Assembly: GCA_963675745.2 (NCBI GenBank)
Contig: CAXXWX010000013.1
Span: 96,001-160,000, forward strand
DNA length: 64,000 bases
Direction: 5' to 3'
Origin: Phycisphaerae bacterium
GTDB lineage: Bacteria; Planctomycetota; Phycisphaerae; UBA1845; Fen-1342
Shown here: piece by piece, positions 41,543-50,551 of the stretch
How positions within the stretch are numbered: the stretch's first letter is position 1
Layout: each line of letters begins with the position of its first letter
The notes under the pieces: generated by a model
What the model was told of the DNA's origin: nothing
What the model saw: the letters and a program-made list of their open reading frames with translations, nothing else
Databases searched by the model: none
Position numbers and translations under genes: made by a program

Positions 41543-41622
41543 GTTCGCACCTGCCTACTCAATCTGTCTTCACAGCCAAACGCGCTCGTAAACGCCGCGC
41601 ATTCTCTGATTGTAGTGGCCAG

Positions 41623-41648
41623 GTAGCGGCCGACCCCCGAGTCGGCCG
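41623..41648 (+). repeat. REP-like family A variant
   Basis: GTAG-CGGCCGAC-CCCCGA-GTCGGCCG; degenerate copy at 17462-17487. Confidence 0.75.
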
Positions 41649-41691
41649 TAGCGCCGTCGCTGCAAGCCCCGAGGGCGTAGAGTACTCGGCC

Positions 41692-41853
41692 AGAGCGGTT
41701 TCAGAGACGATCTGTCACGTGGCAGTGTGCCACGGCTCTGTGAGCCGTGAGATTCACATGGCCGTGCCACGGCTCTGTGAGCCGTGCGATTAGTGTCCAG
41801 GCCGCACTGCTCGAGAGCAGTGGCACACGGGACCGTTGCCGGAAACGCCCTAG
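41692..41853. repeat. Most complete family B element (three hairpins, imperfect terminal inverted repeats)
   Basis: Hairpins at 41725-41749, 41764-41786 and (inverted) 41805-41828; ends AGAGCGGTTTCAGAGAC and GTTGCCGGAAACGCCCTAG. Confidence 0.85.
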
Positions 41854-42461
41854 GCCGGCTTCTCGAAGACTTGCAGGTAGAAGTGCTCGCCCGCGCGCTC
41901 CAGCGCCGTCGGGATCAGCGGAATCCGCTGCTGTAGCTCCGCGGGGGAGAACCGCAGTTCCATCGGCGGTCCGAAAGGTGTGTCCTGCTTGTCAATCTCG
42001 ACAATAGCCAGCCGCGCCCGCGGTTTCAGGATGCGGATCAGCTCGTTTTGAAAGCCGGCCATCTGGCTCGGCGAGAAGCCGTGTACGACGGTGGCGAGGT
42101 AGACCAGGTCGATCGACGCGTCGGGCAGGGGGGTTCGGGTGGTGATGTCGCCGACGAGGGCCTGGATGTTGCTGTATTTCGTGTCGCGCTGAAGTTGGGC
42201 GATGGCCTCTTCGTCGGGGTCGAGCGCATACACGACTCCCTTGTTGTCCATCGCCGCGGCGAAGGCCCGGGACATGTACCCATCCCCGCAGCCGGCGTCC
42301 AGAATCGTCTGGCCGGGTGTGATCTCCAAGGCCGCCAGTATCGCGGTCTTGTCGAGCAGGCTCTCGGATGATTTGCCTTTGTGGTGATGCTCGGCCGCCG
42401 CGCACTCTCTGCCGGCGTCATCGTGGTCGTGCGTTGATTCGGGTGCGGGTCGATCGCTCAT
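41850..42461 (-). CDS. Class I SAM-dependent methyltransferase
   Basis: ILDAGCGDG, VYALD, LPDASIDLV, RILKP, FGPP; GAGGAAGG RBS. Confidence 0.9.
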   Translation of the reverse strand: MSDRPAPESTHDHDDAGRECAAAEHHHKGKSSESLLDKTAILAALEITPGQTILDAGCGDGYMSRAFAAAMDNKGVVYALDPDEEAIAQLQRDTKYSNIQALVGDITTRTPLPDASIDLVYLATVVHGFSPSQMAGFQNELIRILKPRARLAIVEIDKQDTPFGPPMELRFSPAELQQRIPLIPTALERAGEHFYLQVFEKPA

Positions 42462-42823
42462 ATGGCCTTCCTCTACATCAATCGGCGGACCAAGATTATA
42501 CGCGCAGCAAGGTTGACCGCACGCAGAGCACAACCGCCGGCGCTTGACTCGCATGGAATGTGACCGGATGCAAACGAATGGTTACAGGCGACCACTTGCG
42601 CCCGCCACGGCGCCGCACGCGAGTGGTGTGCCAGACAACACCCGATGTCGCACCACGATTAATGATTGGCCCATGTGGCTCACGTACACCGCTCAAGTAC
42701 ATTGGCACCGGGCGCTTCATAACGTGCTCAAGGCCGTCGATGTCGAGCCGGACGACCCTCTCCGCCGCGACCATAGCCCTTATGCACCAGTAGTACCCAA
42801 TGCCAGCGAGGTGTTACCGGTCG

Positions 42824-43672
42824 TTATGCTCCGTCGCGCTTCTTGCATCGCTTGCTTCCTTTCGGCGAGCCTTGCGGCAGGGCTGCGAGAGCGAATCCAC
42901 AGAACCACACCAGGAATGACTCTATGTCGTAGCTCAATCGAAGAGCATTTACCCGGATCACCGTTGGCGTCGCCAGGGGCGCATGCTGAGCGTCTTGGTC
43001 TGGGACGATTAGGCTGAGGTCAAGCTCGAACCCACCATCGGGATAACCCATGCACCGCCAATGCTTTGGCCCCGCGTGAACGATGAACTTGTCTCGAACA
43101 GCTTTCAGGGGCATCTCAAACCAACCGGTGTGATCACGAATTCGTTCAGCGTACTTCGGCCATCCCGCCGTCTGCGCCGGTACCTTGCAGAAAAACTTCC
43201 TATGCTCGCTGAAAGAGGTGAAGCTCGGAAGCTGCTCGCCGACGAGGAAGAATCGCGATAACCCCACCGCGCGATCCAGGAGGATACGGCTGTGGAGGAG
43301 AAGGTTGATGATGTCATATTCAAGGAACTTGGCGATGCCTCTTCGCTGCTTTGCCAGCGCTCGCTCCCTTGGTGTGAACTGGCGCCGACCGACTGTCTCG
43401 CGCAGACGTGAATAGCGAGCCGCGATCGACATGCCCTTCAGATAACGTTCAAAGGACAGGTAGTAGAACCGGTACGCGTCCTGGTATCGAGATTGAATCG
43501 TGCTGAGGATGGACGGCCCTCTGTCGTCAATCGCTTCAAGGAGCGGGCCAATAGGGTCGTGGCGAATGCGCTTCAACTCGGCGCGGATGTTCGGCCGGCG
43601 GCCAATCGGCTCGTGCCCCAGCAGCCATGTAGGTTGTCTGGTCGACGCAGACAAGTGTCGCACTCCTGACAT
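42824..43672 (-). CDS. Hypothetical protein, HEPN-like (Rx5H)
   Basis: Helical protein with SRILLDR and WFEMPLKAVRDKFIVH; visibly less GC-rich than its neighbours. Confidence 0.6.
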   Translation of the reverse strand: MSGVRHLSASTRQPTWLLGHEPIGRRPNIRAELKRIRHDPIGPLLEAIDDRGPSILSTIQSRYQDAYRFYYLSFERYLKGMSIAARYSRLRETVGRRQFTPRERALAKQRRGIAKFLEYDIINLLLHSRILLDRAVGLSRFFLVGEQLPSFTSFSEHRKFFCKVPAQTAGWPKYAERIRDHTGWFEMPLKAVRDKFIVHAGPKHWRCMGYPDGGFELDLSLIVPDQDAQHAPLATPTVIRVNALRLSYDIESFLVWFCGFALAALPQGSPKGSKRCKKRDGA

Positions 43673-44064
43673 GGTCCTTCGGCTGCCGTGTCGCTAGCCT
43701 CGCCGCTCGCGCTCGGACTCACATGGCACTCACGGTTGTAGTACAGGCTGTCAGCCACTGCAGCTTGCGCGGTTGGTCCAGTTAGCAACCGCAGTAGACG
43801 ACGCGCGTATCACGCAAGGCCGGCGGACGGACGCGATCCGAAGCGCCCATAATAGTGATCGGCGCGTTTACTTTGCCTTGACAGTTCCGCGCGCGGTCAC
43901 GGGATGTTTCACTCGACGGCTGTTTCTCCCTCGTGCTCTTGCGCAGCATGGACAACAGGATGACGCGCCGGCGGGGTTCGGTCAATGCGCGCGCAGGGTG
44001 AGGTGGACGTAGACGAATGGCGTCTCGCGAGTTGTTTTCAGCGAGCGGCGTTGAATGCCGCCAT

Positions 44065-44089
44065 CGGCCGGCGAGGCGCCGGCCGTTAC
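44065..44089 (-). repeat. REP-like family A copy
   Basis: Exact reverse complement of the 3341 copy. Confidence 0.85.
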
Positions 44090-44200
44090 CGGGGCGCACG
44101 GTGGATGTAGCGCATCCTCGGCCGACGGGGCCGTCGGCCACCACGGCGGCGTGCGGCGGGCTGTTGTGTGTTCTTGGCCAACGGGGCGTTGGCGGCCGCG

Positions 44201-44887
44201 CTATGGCTTGCGGAGGCGCATGGCCAGGAGCATTGGCCAGCCGAGGTATTTCTCGGCGCGCGGGGCGCGGGCGGCAAGGTCGGCGTCGGCGCGGCGTTCG
44301 ATCAGCTCGTCGATCGTGAAGCCGGCGCGCAGCGCGGACAGGACGTAGTCGGCGTAGGTGTGCTCAAACGCCGCCACGCGGACTTCTTCGCCGGTGTGCG
44401 GGTCGGCGAAGCGGGCGGTGATGCCGCGCAGGTTCATCGCCGGGTGCAATACCGTGAAAATCAGCGACCCGCCGGGGCGCAACACGCGATGCAGGTCGCG
44501 CATTGTGACGACGAGATCGGTGAGATGGTCGGCGACCAGGGCCAGCAGGACCAGGTCGTACGCCCCGTCCGGCGCGGGAAGCGCGTCGGGCAGCGTGTGC
44601 TCGATGAAGCGCGCGCCGCTGTCGCCGAGCTTGGCGCGGGCCCGGGCCATCATGCCGGTTGAGGTGTCATAAGCGTCCACGTCAGCACCGGCGCCGGCGA
44701 GCCAGACGCTATGGCGTCCGGTGCCACAACCCACGTCCGCCACACGCAGCCCGCGAACCTGGCCGGCCCATTCGCGGACGACCGGCTCTTCGAGAACGAT
44801 GAGCGGGTTGAGCTCGCCGTCATAGATTTCCGCCCAGCGTTCGTAGCCGGCGCTCACATCGAGATGAAGTGGTTCCGCCATCTGCAT
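44201..44887 (-). CDS. Class I SAM-dependent methyltransferase
   Basis: GYERWA.IYD...NPL, VADVGCGTGRH, YDLV, RVLRPGG. Confidence 0.92.
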   Translation of the reverse strand: MQMAEPLHLDVSAGYERWAEIYDGELNPLIVLEEPVVREWAGQVRGLRVADVGCGTGRHSVWLAGAGADVDAYDTSTGMMARARAKLGDSGARFIEHTLPDALPAPDGAYDLVLLALVADHLTDLVVTMRDLHRVLRPGGSLIFTVLHPAMNLRGITARFADPHTGEEVRVAAFEHTYADYVLSALRAGFTIDELIERRADADLAARAPRAEKYLGWPMLLAMRLRKP

Positions 44888-45180
44888 ATCCCCAAGTGGT
44901 CATGGCACGGCCTGGACGCGAACCGCCGTGCCCAAGCGCCGCGAGTGTAACACATCCGCCCGGGTATGTGGTCAGGTGGCGGCGATGACTGGAAACCGGG
45001 GGGCTGTGGCAGCTCCGGCGGGACTCAGCTTTCACGTGGCCACGATCACCCCAGCACTTCGTGCCGGGCTATGCTCATCTCGTGCGGGACGGCATGGCTG
45101 CGACCGGCCGATTGTGTCGCGGAACTGGGAACCGGGCACGGCCGGGCGTGGCCCTGTGGTTGCAATGCTGTCTGCACCAT

Positions 45181-47112
45181 CTATCTCGAATTGGCTCGTT
45201 GGTGCTCGGCGCGCACGTTCACAGCACTATCGGCGCACGACGCTGCAAGGGGGTCCGACGACGTATGAGCAAACGCGGCACTTCGCCGTGGTGACTGGAG
45301 TTTCGGCGACGGGAGATGCTCGATCGCCCAATTGATCTCCTCGCCGCTGGCTGCATCGATCATCGGGATGCGGGCCACGCGGAGGCCTTCGTAGACTTTC
45401 ACCGGACCGTGTTTGAGCCGCCAAGCCCAGGTGAGCATCCTGGGGATAGTCAGCAACAGCCCGATCTGTCCGATGAACTGGTACAAGAGACGTCTCGAGG
45501 ATACAGCGTCCTTGCGGATTCTCAGCAGTGCGCGGGCGGCATTGACCGGGTTGTAAAACGTGAAATAGGCGCGCAGCAGGTTCAACTGCTGCTGCCAGGG
45601 CTGCGGGTGTTGTGACGCCACGACGTGATTACCGTCCTGCAACGCATTCGGCACAGGCTTCCTGCCCACACATTCAAACACGGACCCGGAAGTCAAGGCC
45701 GGCTCCAGGATGCGCGTGCCGATGGCGGGGCCCAGGTAGGTGCATTGATAGCTCACCGCGCCCTGATCGAACACGTAACGCGCCTGGTTCAGCAGGCCGG
45801 AAAGATTGGTCGGGCCCGAACGCAGCGGCTGCGTGTCGCTGTGGATCATCATCACGTGCGCCTGAATACCGAGATTGTGCATCAACGCAAAGAGCTGTCC
45901 GGTACGGTCCGCGCTCTGGCCCTTCTTCACGAGTTTGCCGGTGAGGTCTTCAATCCCAAACCACAGCCCGCGCAGTCCGGCCTTGCGACACAACGGCAGC
46001 AGATCCCGGTTCTTGAATACGTCCGCCTGAGTCGCTTCGGTGTAAAACCTGATCCGTTTGCCGAGCGGTACACCGTCGGTGGTGGACCGGTCGAGTTCGC
46101 GCATCAGCGTTTCGACCGTATCGCGATCGTTAAAGAAGTTGTCATCGGTCCCAAAGAAAGCACCGATTCCGAAGCTCTCGTGGATGTGCTTGATCTCTCC
46201 CGCAAAACGTCGCGGGCTCTTGTGTCGCCGTGTGCGCTGGTTTGCGGCGGGAATCGGGCAGTAGGGGCAATTGAAGCGGCAGCCCTGCGTGGCGATTACC
46301 GAGGCGATGGGCGATAGCCTGCCGATGCGCTTTGGTGTGCAAGGCTGCGCGGCCAGCGTGTGGCGGCGGTGCGGCGGCTCGATCATGCGAAAGCCGGCGT
46401 CAGGCATCGGCAGTTCATCGAGGTCGCGCAGGAGCCGCTGCACGCCCGTGTTGACGGCGACCGGTTCGCAGCTATGCGCGTCCGGCGACAGATACACCAG
46501 TCCCGGCACACTCTTGAGCCGGCCACTCAGCCGGGCGTTGTCGAAAGCAGCGCGCGCGGTTTGATGATCATGCCGATCCGCCAGGATGGTATGCAGCAGG
46601 TCCAGGAGCACGAAGGCTTCGCCGGTGGCGACACAGTCGGCACCGATGCCCGGCTGTGGACCGATCTCGAAGAAGTCGGTCGGCTCGTAGATGGCCTTGG
46701 GGCCTCCCGCGAGTATCAGCGGGCGCTCATCACCCATGCGGTGCGCATCTCGAACCAGCTCATACGCCGGCTTGACGTGTACCTGCATGGACGACACCAG
46801 CAGGATGTCCAACGGTCTGCCGTTGAGCTGCATGCGGCTGGGCAGAACATTCGGCGACCACTGCTGCAACACGATGCGGAGGTTGCGGAAACCGGCATCG
46901 TGCAGCACGTCCCCCAGCAGGCGAACCGAGCAGGGCGCCATCCGCTTGTCCGCGTACCAATAAGGCAGCATCCGCGTGCGGAAATCAAACGCGTTGACTA
47001 TTCCGATCGCCAGCTCGTGAGCATGCTTGAACTGCCGCAGGGCGTCGACGCGCTCCCGGAATCGGTCGTCCGGCAGGTAGACATCATCACGGTCTCTTCG
47101 TGGAAGTTCCAT
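45181..47112 (-). CDS. Cobalamin-binding-type radical SAM protein
   Basis: N-terminal B12-binding-like region (LLVSSM, ILAGGP, TGEA, VPGL); TQGCRFNCPYC (CxxxCxxC); DDNFF; FGIE. Confidence 0.88.
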   Translation of the reverse strand: MELPRRDRDDVYLPDDRFRERVDALRQFKHAHELAIGIVNAFDFRTRMLPYWYADKRMAPCSVRLLGDVLHDAGFRNLRIVLQQWSPNVLPSRMQLNGRPLDILLVSSMQVHVKPAYELVRDAHRMGDERPLILAGGPKAIYEPTDFFEIGPQPGIGADCVATGEAFVLLDLLHTILADRHDHQTARAAFDNARLSGRLKSVPGLVYLSPDAHSCEPVAVNTGVQRLLRDLDELPMPDAGFRMIEPPHRRHTLAAQPCTPKRIGRLSPIASVIATQGCRFNCPYCPIPAANQRTRRHKSPRRFAGEIKHIHESFGIGAFFGTDDNFFNDRDTVETLMRELDRSTTDGVPLGKRIRFYTEATQADVFKNRDLLPLCRKAGLRGLWFGIEDLTGKLVKKGQSADRTGQLFALMHNLGIQAHVMMIHSDTQPLRSGPTNLSGLLNQARYVFDQGAVSYQCTYLGPAIGTRILEPALTSGSVFECVGRKPVPNALQDGNHVVASQHPQPWQQQLNLLRAYFTFYNPVNAARALLRIRKDAVSSRRLLYQFIGQIGLLLTIPRMLTWAWRLKHGPVKVYEGLRVARIPMIDAASGEEINWAIEHLPSPKLQSPRRSAAFAHTSSDPLAASCADSAVNVRAEHQRANSR

Positions 47113-47115
47113 CGC

Positions 47116-47400
47116 TCAGTCTCGATGACGTTCGTTGCGGTACAGTCTGAGTCCCGACTTCGGGTCGCTCTTGCGAACATCCAGCGTCGTGTTTGCCAAC
47201 GCCTTCGATACGGCCTCATCCAGCAGCAGCACCTTGCGGCCATCGTGCGTAAACGCTGTGTCGTCAGCGGATTCGTGATCGAGGCGCAACGTCCAACCAC
47301 CTTCGCGGCGTGTGAACCTCAGGGCCATGCCTTGAGCGGCCTTCTTGCGGGCCAGCCGGTTGGATAAGCGACCAAGTGCGGTTTTCGTTACGGTCAACAT
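47116..47400 (-). CDS. Small HesB/IscA-like protein lacking cysteines
   Basis: MLTVTKTALGRL..LRF..LRLD..DD....DG.KVLLLDE....L...TLD; real start lies inside ORF 47116-47796. Confidence 0.65.
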   Translation of the reverse strand: MLTVTKTALGRLSNRLARKKAAQGMALRFTRREGGWTLRLDHESADDTAFTHDGRKVLLLDEAVSKALANTTLDVRKSDPKSGLRLYRNERHRD

Positions 47401-47497
47401 GTTCCACCATCCATTCTTCCATCGATTGGCCGCGGCGCGGCGGGCGCTCCGACCTGGCAACGCTAATACCGACCACGCCGCGCCCTTCCGAAGCGCC

Positions 47498-47929
47498 TCA
47501 TGTTCCGGCCGAGTCCTCTGCGGAAGGATCACCGTTGCTCCAAACGTCGGTTTCGACGTTGTCTGCAAGCAGGAAGACCTGCACGACCGTGCCGCTCGCG
47601 AACGTTCTGACCACTGCACCGGTACTCGGCTCGACCTCAGCGGTCGCCTCACGCACCTTCGCGCCGGTAATCCGTTCAATGTCGCGCCGGAGTGTGCCCG
47701 CGGCGCTGGCGAAAAGCTGCCGGTGATACTCCTGTACCCTGGCGGCGCCGTCGGGACTCTTGGCCAGGGCCTTCTCGGCTTCTGACATGGCTCCATGCAG
47801 CGTTATGACCAGCGCATCGTTGCTCAGCACGACCGTAGCGGACGTTGGGGCATGGCCGGTTCGTTCGCGCTCGAACGTCTTGGCCGCTTGGGCAATCTGC
47901 TGCGCCATGCTCGATTTGGGCTTGTCCAA
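47498..47929 (-). CDS. DUF2294 / MpsC-family protein
   Basis: IAQAA..FERERTGHAP..V....D.LVITLHG..SEAEKAL..IE.ITG.KV; TTG start after AAGGA. Confidence 0.85.
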   Translation of the reverse strand: MDKPKSSMAQQIAQAAKTFERERTGHAPTSATVVLSNDALVITLHGAMSEAEKALAKSPDGAARVQEYHRQLFASAAGTLRRDIERITGAKVREATAEVEPSTGAVVRTFASGTVVQVFLLADNVETDVWSNGDPSAEDSAGT

Positions 47930-47978
47930 AAGAGCTTATCCTTGTCGGTTGCTGCCGTCCCTGAAATTGAAGCCATAG

Positions 47979-48026
47979 AAAAAGCCGATGTGGTCGAACA
48001 CGCGGTGTGTTCGACCACATCGGCTT
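47979..48026 (-). terminator. Intrinsic terminator/attenuator in the DUF2294 leader
   Basis: Perfect 20-bp stem 47982-48001/48007-48026, ending in a T run on the minus strand. Confidence 0.85.
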
Positions 48027-48067
48027 ACTCGTCAACGAGCCCTCCGGCCGTAGCCGGGTTGCCCTTC
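48021..48067 (-). promoter_or_regulatory. Candidate riboswitch aptamer (resembles the Na+-I / DUF1646 motif)
   Basis: Minus strand AAGGGCAAC-CCGGC-TACG-GCCGG-AGGGCTCG-TTGA-CGAG-TAAGCCG: two hairpins, possible GGCT/AGCC pairing; 3' end is shared with the terminator. Confidence 0.6.
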
Positions 48068-48286
48068 AAATCGTCATCCGACGTCTGAGCGCCAATTCAC
48101 GAGCGGAACATTGCACGGGCTTTGCGCTCGCATGCACTGAGATTATTATAACACACCGCCGGTGGGAGGCAAGCGAGTGTCCCCCGGCAGGGCAGTGTGC
48201 AACGGGCCGCGTGAAAGAGAGCGGCGCACATCCGCATGGTCTCGCCTGCGGCCGTAGCCAGCTTGACGAAACGCGTTGAGGGCATC

Positions 48287-48667
48287 ATGAAGACCCAGGG
48301 AGAAATCGAAGCCGCGATTTGTGAAGGTGTCCGGCGTTTTGAGCAGGAGTACATGGGCCGAGGCCCCAAGGACATTCACACGCACTTGATTGGCGATCTT
48401 CTCGTCGTTCGACTTCTGGGGGTTTTGACCGCAGCCGAGCAGCAGCTCGTCGACTCGCTTCCGGCGGACAAAGGGCGAGGACTGCTCAAGCAGGTCAGAA
48501 CGCAGTTGATCGAAACCGCCCGCCCGGTCCTCGAGACCACGGTTCAGGAAGTCACCGGCAGCGAGGTCGTCAGCCTGCACCACGATATCAGCACACTCAC
48601 CGGTGAGGAAATCGTGCTCTTCACTCTGGCCAAGCCTCCCGCGTTTCGCGAGAAGAAGTCCAAGTGA
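48287..48667 (+). CDS. DUF2294 / MpsC-family protein
   Basis: MKTQGEIEAAIC..RFEQEYMGRGP..GVLTAAEQQL..KQVR..LHHDIST.TGEE. Confidence 0.92.
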   Translation: MKTQGEIEAAICEGVRRFEQEYMGRGPKDIHTHLIGDLLVVRLLGVLTAAEQQLVDSLPADKGRGLLKQVRTQLIETARPVLETTVQEVTGSEVVSLHHDISTLTGEEIVLFTLAKPPAFREKKSK

Positions 48668-48695
48668 GAAGCTACTGGACAGTGCCGGCCCGCCG

Positions 48696-48938
48696 CTAGT
48701 GCTCGCTTGAGTCGGCGCTTCCCTCGTCCGCACCGCGCACACCCTCCCCAACATCGTGCACACCCACGCCATCATCGCGCATGACCTCGCCGTTTTCATC
48801 GAGCGTTGCGGCATCGGCATCGGCGCGGTTCTGGCGGCGTTCACGTTTCTGGGCGGCTTTCTCGGCTTTGTCGAGTTCGCGCTGCCGCTTCTGATACTCG
48901 CGTTGGCGTTTCTGAACGGACGGTCGCTTTCGTGCCAT
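48696..48938 (-). CDS. Small basic/acidic hypothetical protein
   Basis: MARKRPSVQKRQRE..K..K...KRERR; AAGGGAG RBS. Confidence 0.7.
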   Translation of the reverse strand: MARKRPSVQKRQREYQKRQRELDKAEKAAQKRERRQNRADADAATLDENGEVMRDDGVGVHDVGEGVRGADEGSADSSEH

Positions 48939-49308
48939 CTTGACTCCCTTACGGGTTAGATCGGCGGCGTATGGTCGGGTTGCCATCACCATCGAGCAAA
49001 CATTGAGAACGCCGACCGCAGCTCGGGCGAGTCACGTGAACGCCGCCAGCCGATGCCCGCGCCGCGTCCCAGCGAGCTGTTCGCCGAGTTGCCACCGTGC
49101 GAAACCGGCGTCGCCTCGACCTGCTCACGCGGCATATCGATCGCGTATCGCGCATGGGCCAATCTACGGCCCGTCGCTTGCAGATTCCGCACGCTGCATA
49201 CGCCCGAAGCGCGCGCTGGCCGCTGTGTCACGGCCGGCATGTCGAGCTACCCTGCGCCGCGCACGCCCGGCGTGGCCGGCAGACCGGCGCGTGTTGTCAG
49301 CGTAAGGC

Positions 49309-49599
49309 CTACCAGCGTCCGCCGCGTCGGCCACCGCTGTTGCCGGCCGGGCGTGGCTTGGCTTCGTTGACCTTGATCGTACGGCCACCGCACTCCGTGC
49401 CATCCAGTGCCGCGATCGCCGCCTCAGCCTCCGCGTCCGAGCTCATTTCGACAAACCCGAAGCCCTTGCTGCGGCCGGTATCGCGGTCGTTGATCACGGT
49501 CGCGCTGTCCACGGTCCCATGGTCGGCGAACATCTGCTGAAGGTCATTGCCGGTAACGTCATAGCCAAGGTTTCCCACGTACAGTTTCCTACCCATCAT
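49309..49599 (-). CDS. RRM RNA-binding protein
   Basis: RNP2 LYVGNL, RNP1 KGFGFVEM, VNEAKPR, Gly/Arg tail. Confidence 0.96.
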   Translation of the reverse strand: MMGRKLYVGNLGYDVTGNDLQQMFADHGTVDSATVINDRDTGRSKGFGFVEMSSDAEAEAAIAALDGTECGGRTIKVNEAKPRPAGNSGGRRGGRW

Positions 49600-50135
49600 G
49601 AATCTCCAATTGTCCCAATGACCGTGATCTCCCGCCTCGCCCTGACCGCGTTGGGTCCGCTATTGGCCAACCGGACGGCGGTTCGTGCCGGCCGGGCCGT
49701 CTGGCAGCCCCTGAGATGCGGGCCCAGCCGGACGGTGTCCTCTTTCCCACGGAAATCAGGCCGGTATCGAAGTGGCAGTGCTGGGGAGGCGTGAACTCGG
49801 ATTCTCGGGCTCTCTAAGTTACCTGCGGCGCGTTCGCCGCTGCTTGCTGCCCAACGACGTACAGCGCAGACCGGGGCAGATCTGCATGCTGCGCATGCGT
49901 CGGGCCATCCATCGAGCCTCAGTGATCTATCCCGTTTCGGGAAAAGGCACCCGCTGACCCCGGGCGGACGCTCAGGAAGAGGGAGGATCATAGAAGATCG
50001 CTACAGTGGTAGCGTAGCCGGGTGGGCCCCGGCGGGCAACCGCGATTCCCGATATATCTGCCACCGCCGAGCGGAGGCCCCGCGGCCGGGCATCCGCGCG
50101 GCATGGAGAGTGTGTTTTTTGGCGCTCGGTGAGGC

Positions 50136-50163
50136 TTGACTTCAGCGGGAGATATGTTACACT
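50136..50163 (+). promoter_or_regulatory. Sigma70-type promoter
   Basis: TTGACT-N16-TACACT with extended TG. Confidence 0.45.
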
Positions 50164-50201
50164 CCCGTAGGAGTGTGTTGGGGGTGTAATGGGAGTGCCG
50201 T

Positions 50202-50441
50202 TTGGCGAAAAAGAAACACGGTGCCGGCAAGAACGTGACGCTCAAGATCCCCGCCGCGTTATATCAGAACCTGGCGCAGCTCATCGAGGGGACGGGTTTC
50301 AGGAGTGTCACCGAGTTCGCGGTGCATGTGCTTCGTGACGTGGCCAGTGGCGGCAGCCTGGATCTGGGCGCCACCGGGTTTACGGCTCGCGAAGTGCAGT
50401 CGGTCCGCGAGCGGCTCCGGGCTCTGGGTTACATCGAGTAG
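50202..50441 (+). CDS. CopG/ribbon-helix-helix regulator
   Basis: VTLKIP..LY..L..LIEGTGFRSVTEF..HVLR..RLRALGYIE; GGGAG RBS, TTG start. Confidence 0.85.
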   Translation: MAKKKHGAGKNVTLKIPAALYQNLAQLIEGTGFRSVTEFAVHVLRDVASGGSLDLGATGFTAREVQSVRERLRALGYIE

Positions 50442-50551
50442 TCGTAGCTTTCCGCAATTTTAACAGGCGACCAAGCCTCCGCGGGGAGGGTCTGCGCGCT
50501 TCGCGCGCTGGTCACCGGCTTGCGCGTACGAACGAATCAGGAGACGCCTTC

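Noticed and set aside
42496..42774. 92-aa minus ORF and overlapping 157-aa plus ORF
   Set aside because: No recognisable motif or RBS; probably non-coding or decayed sequence.
42717..42829. attC-like ends CATAACG...CGTTATG overlapping the HEPN-like gene's stop
   Set aside because: The inner L boxes do not pair and there is no integron integrase; at most a decayed cassette remnant.
45013..45090. CCCAGCAC-TTC-GTGCCGGG hairpin with GGGAC flanks
   Set aside because: Single imperfect copy; a repeat family cannot be supported from this window.
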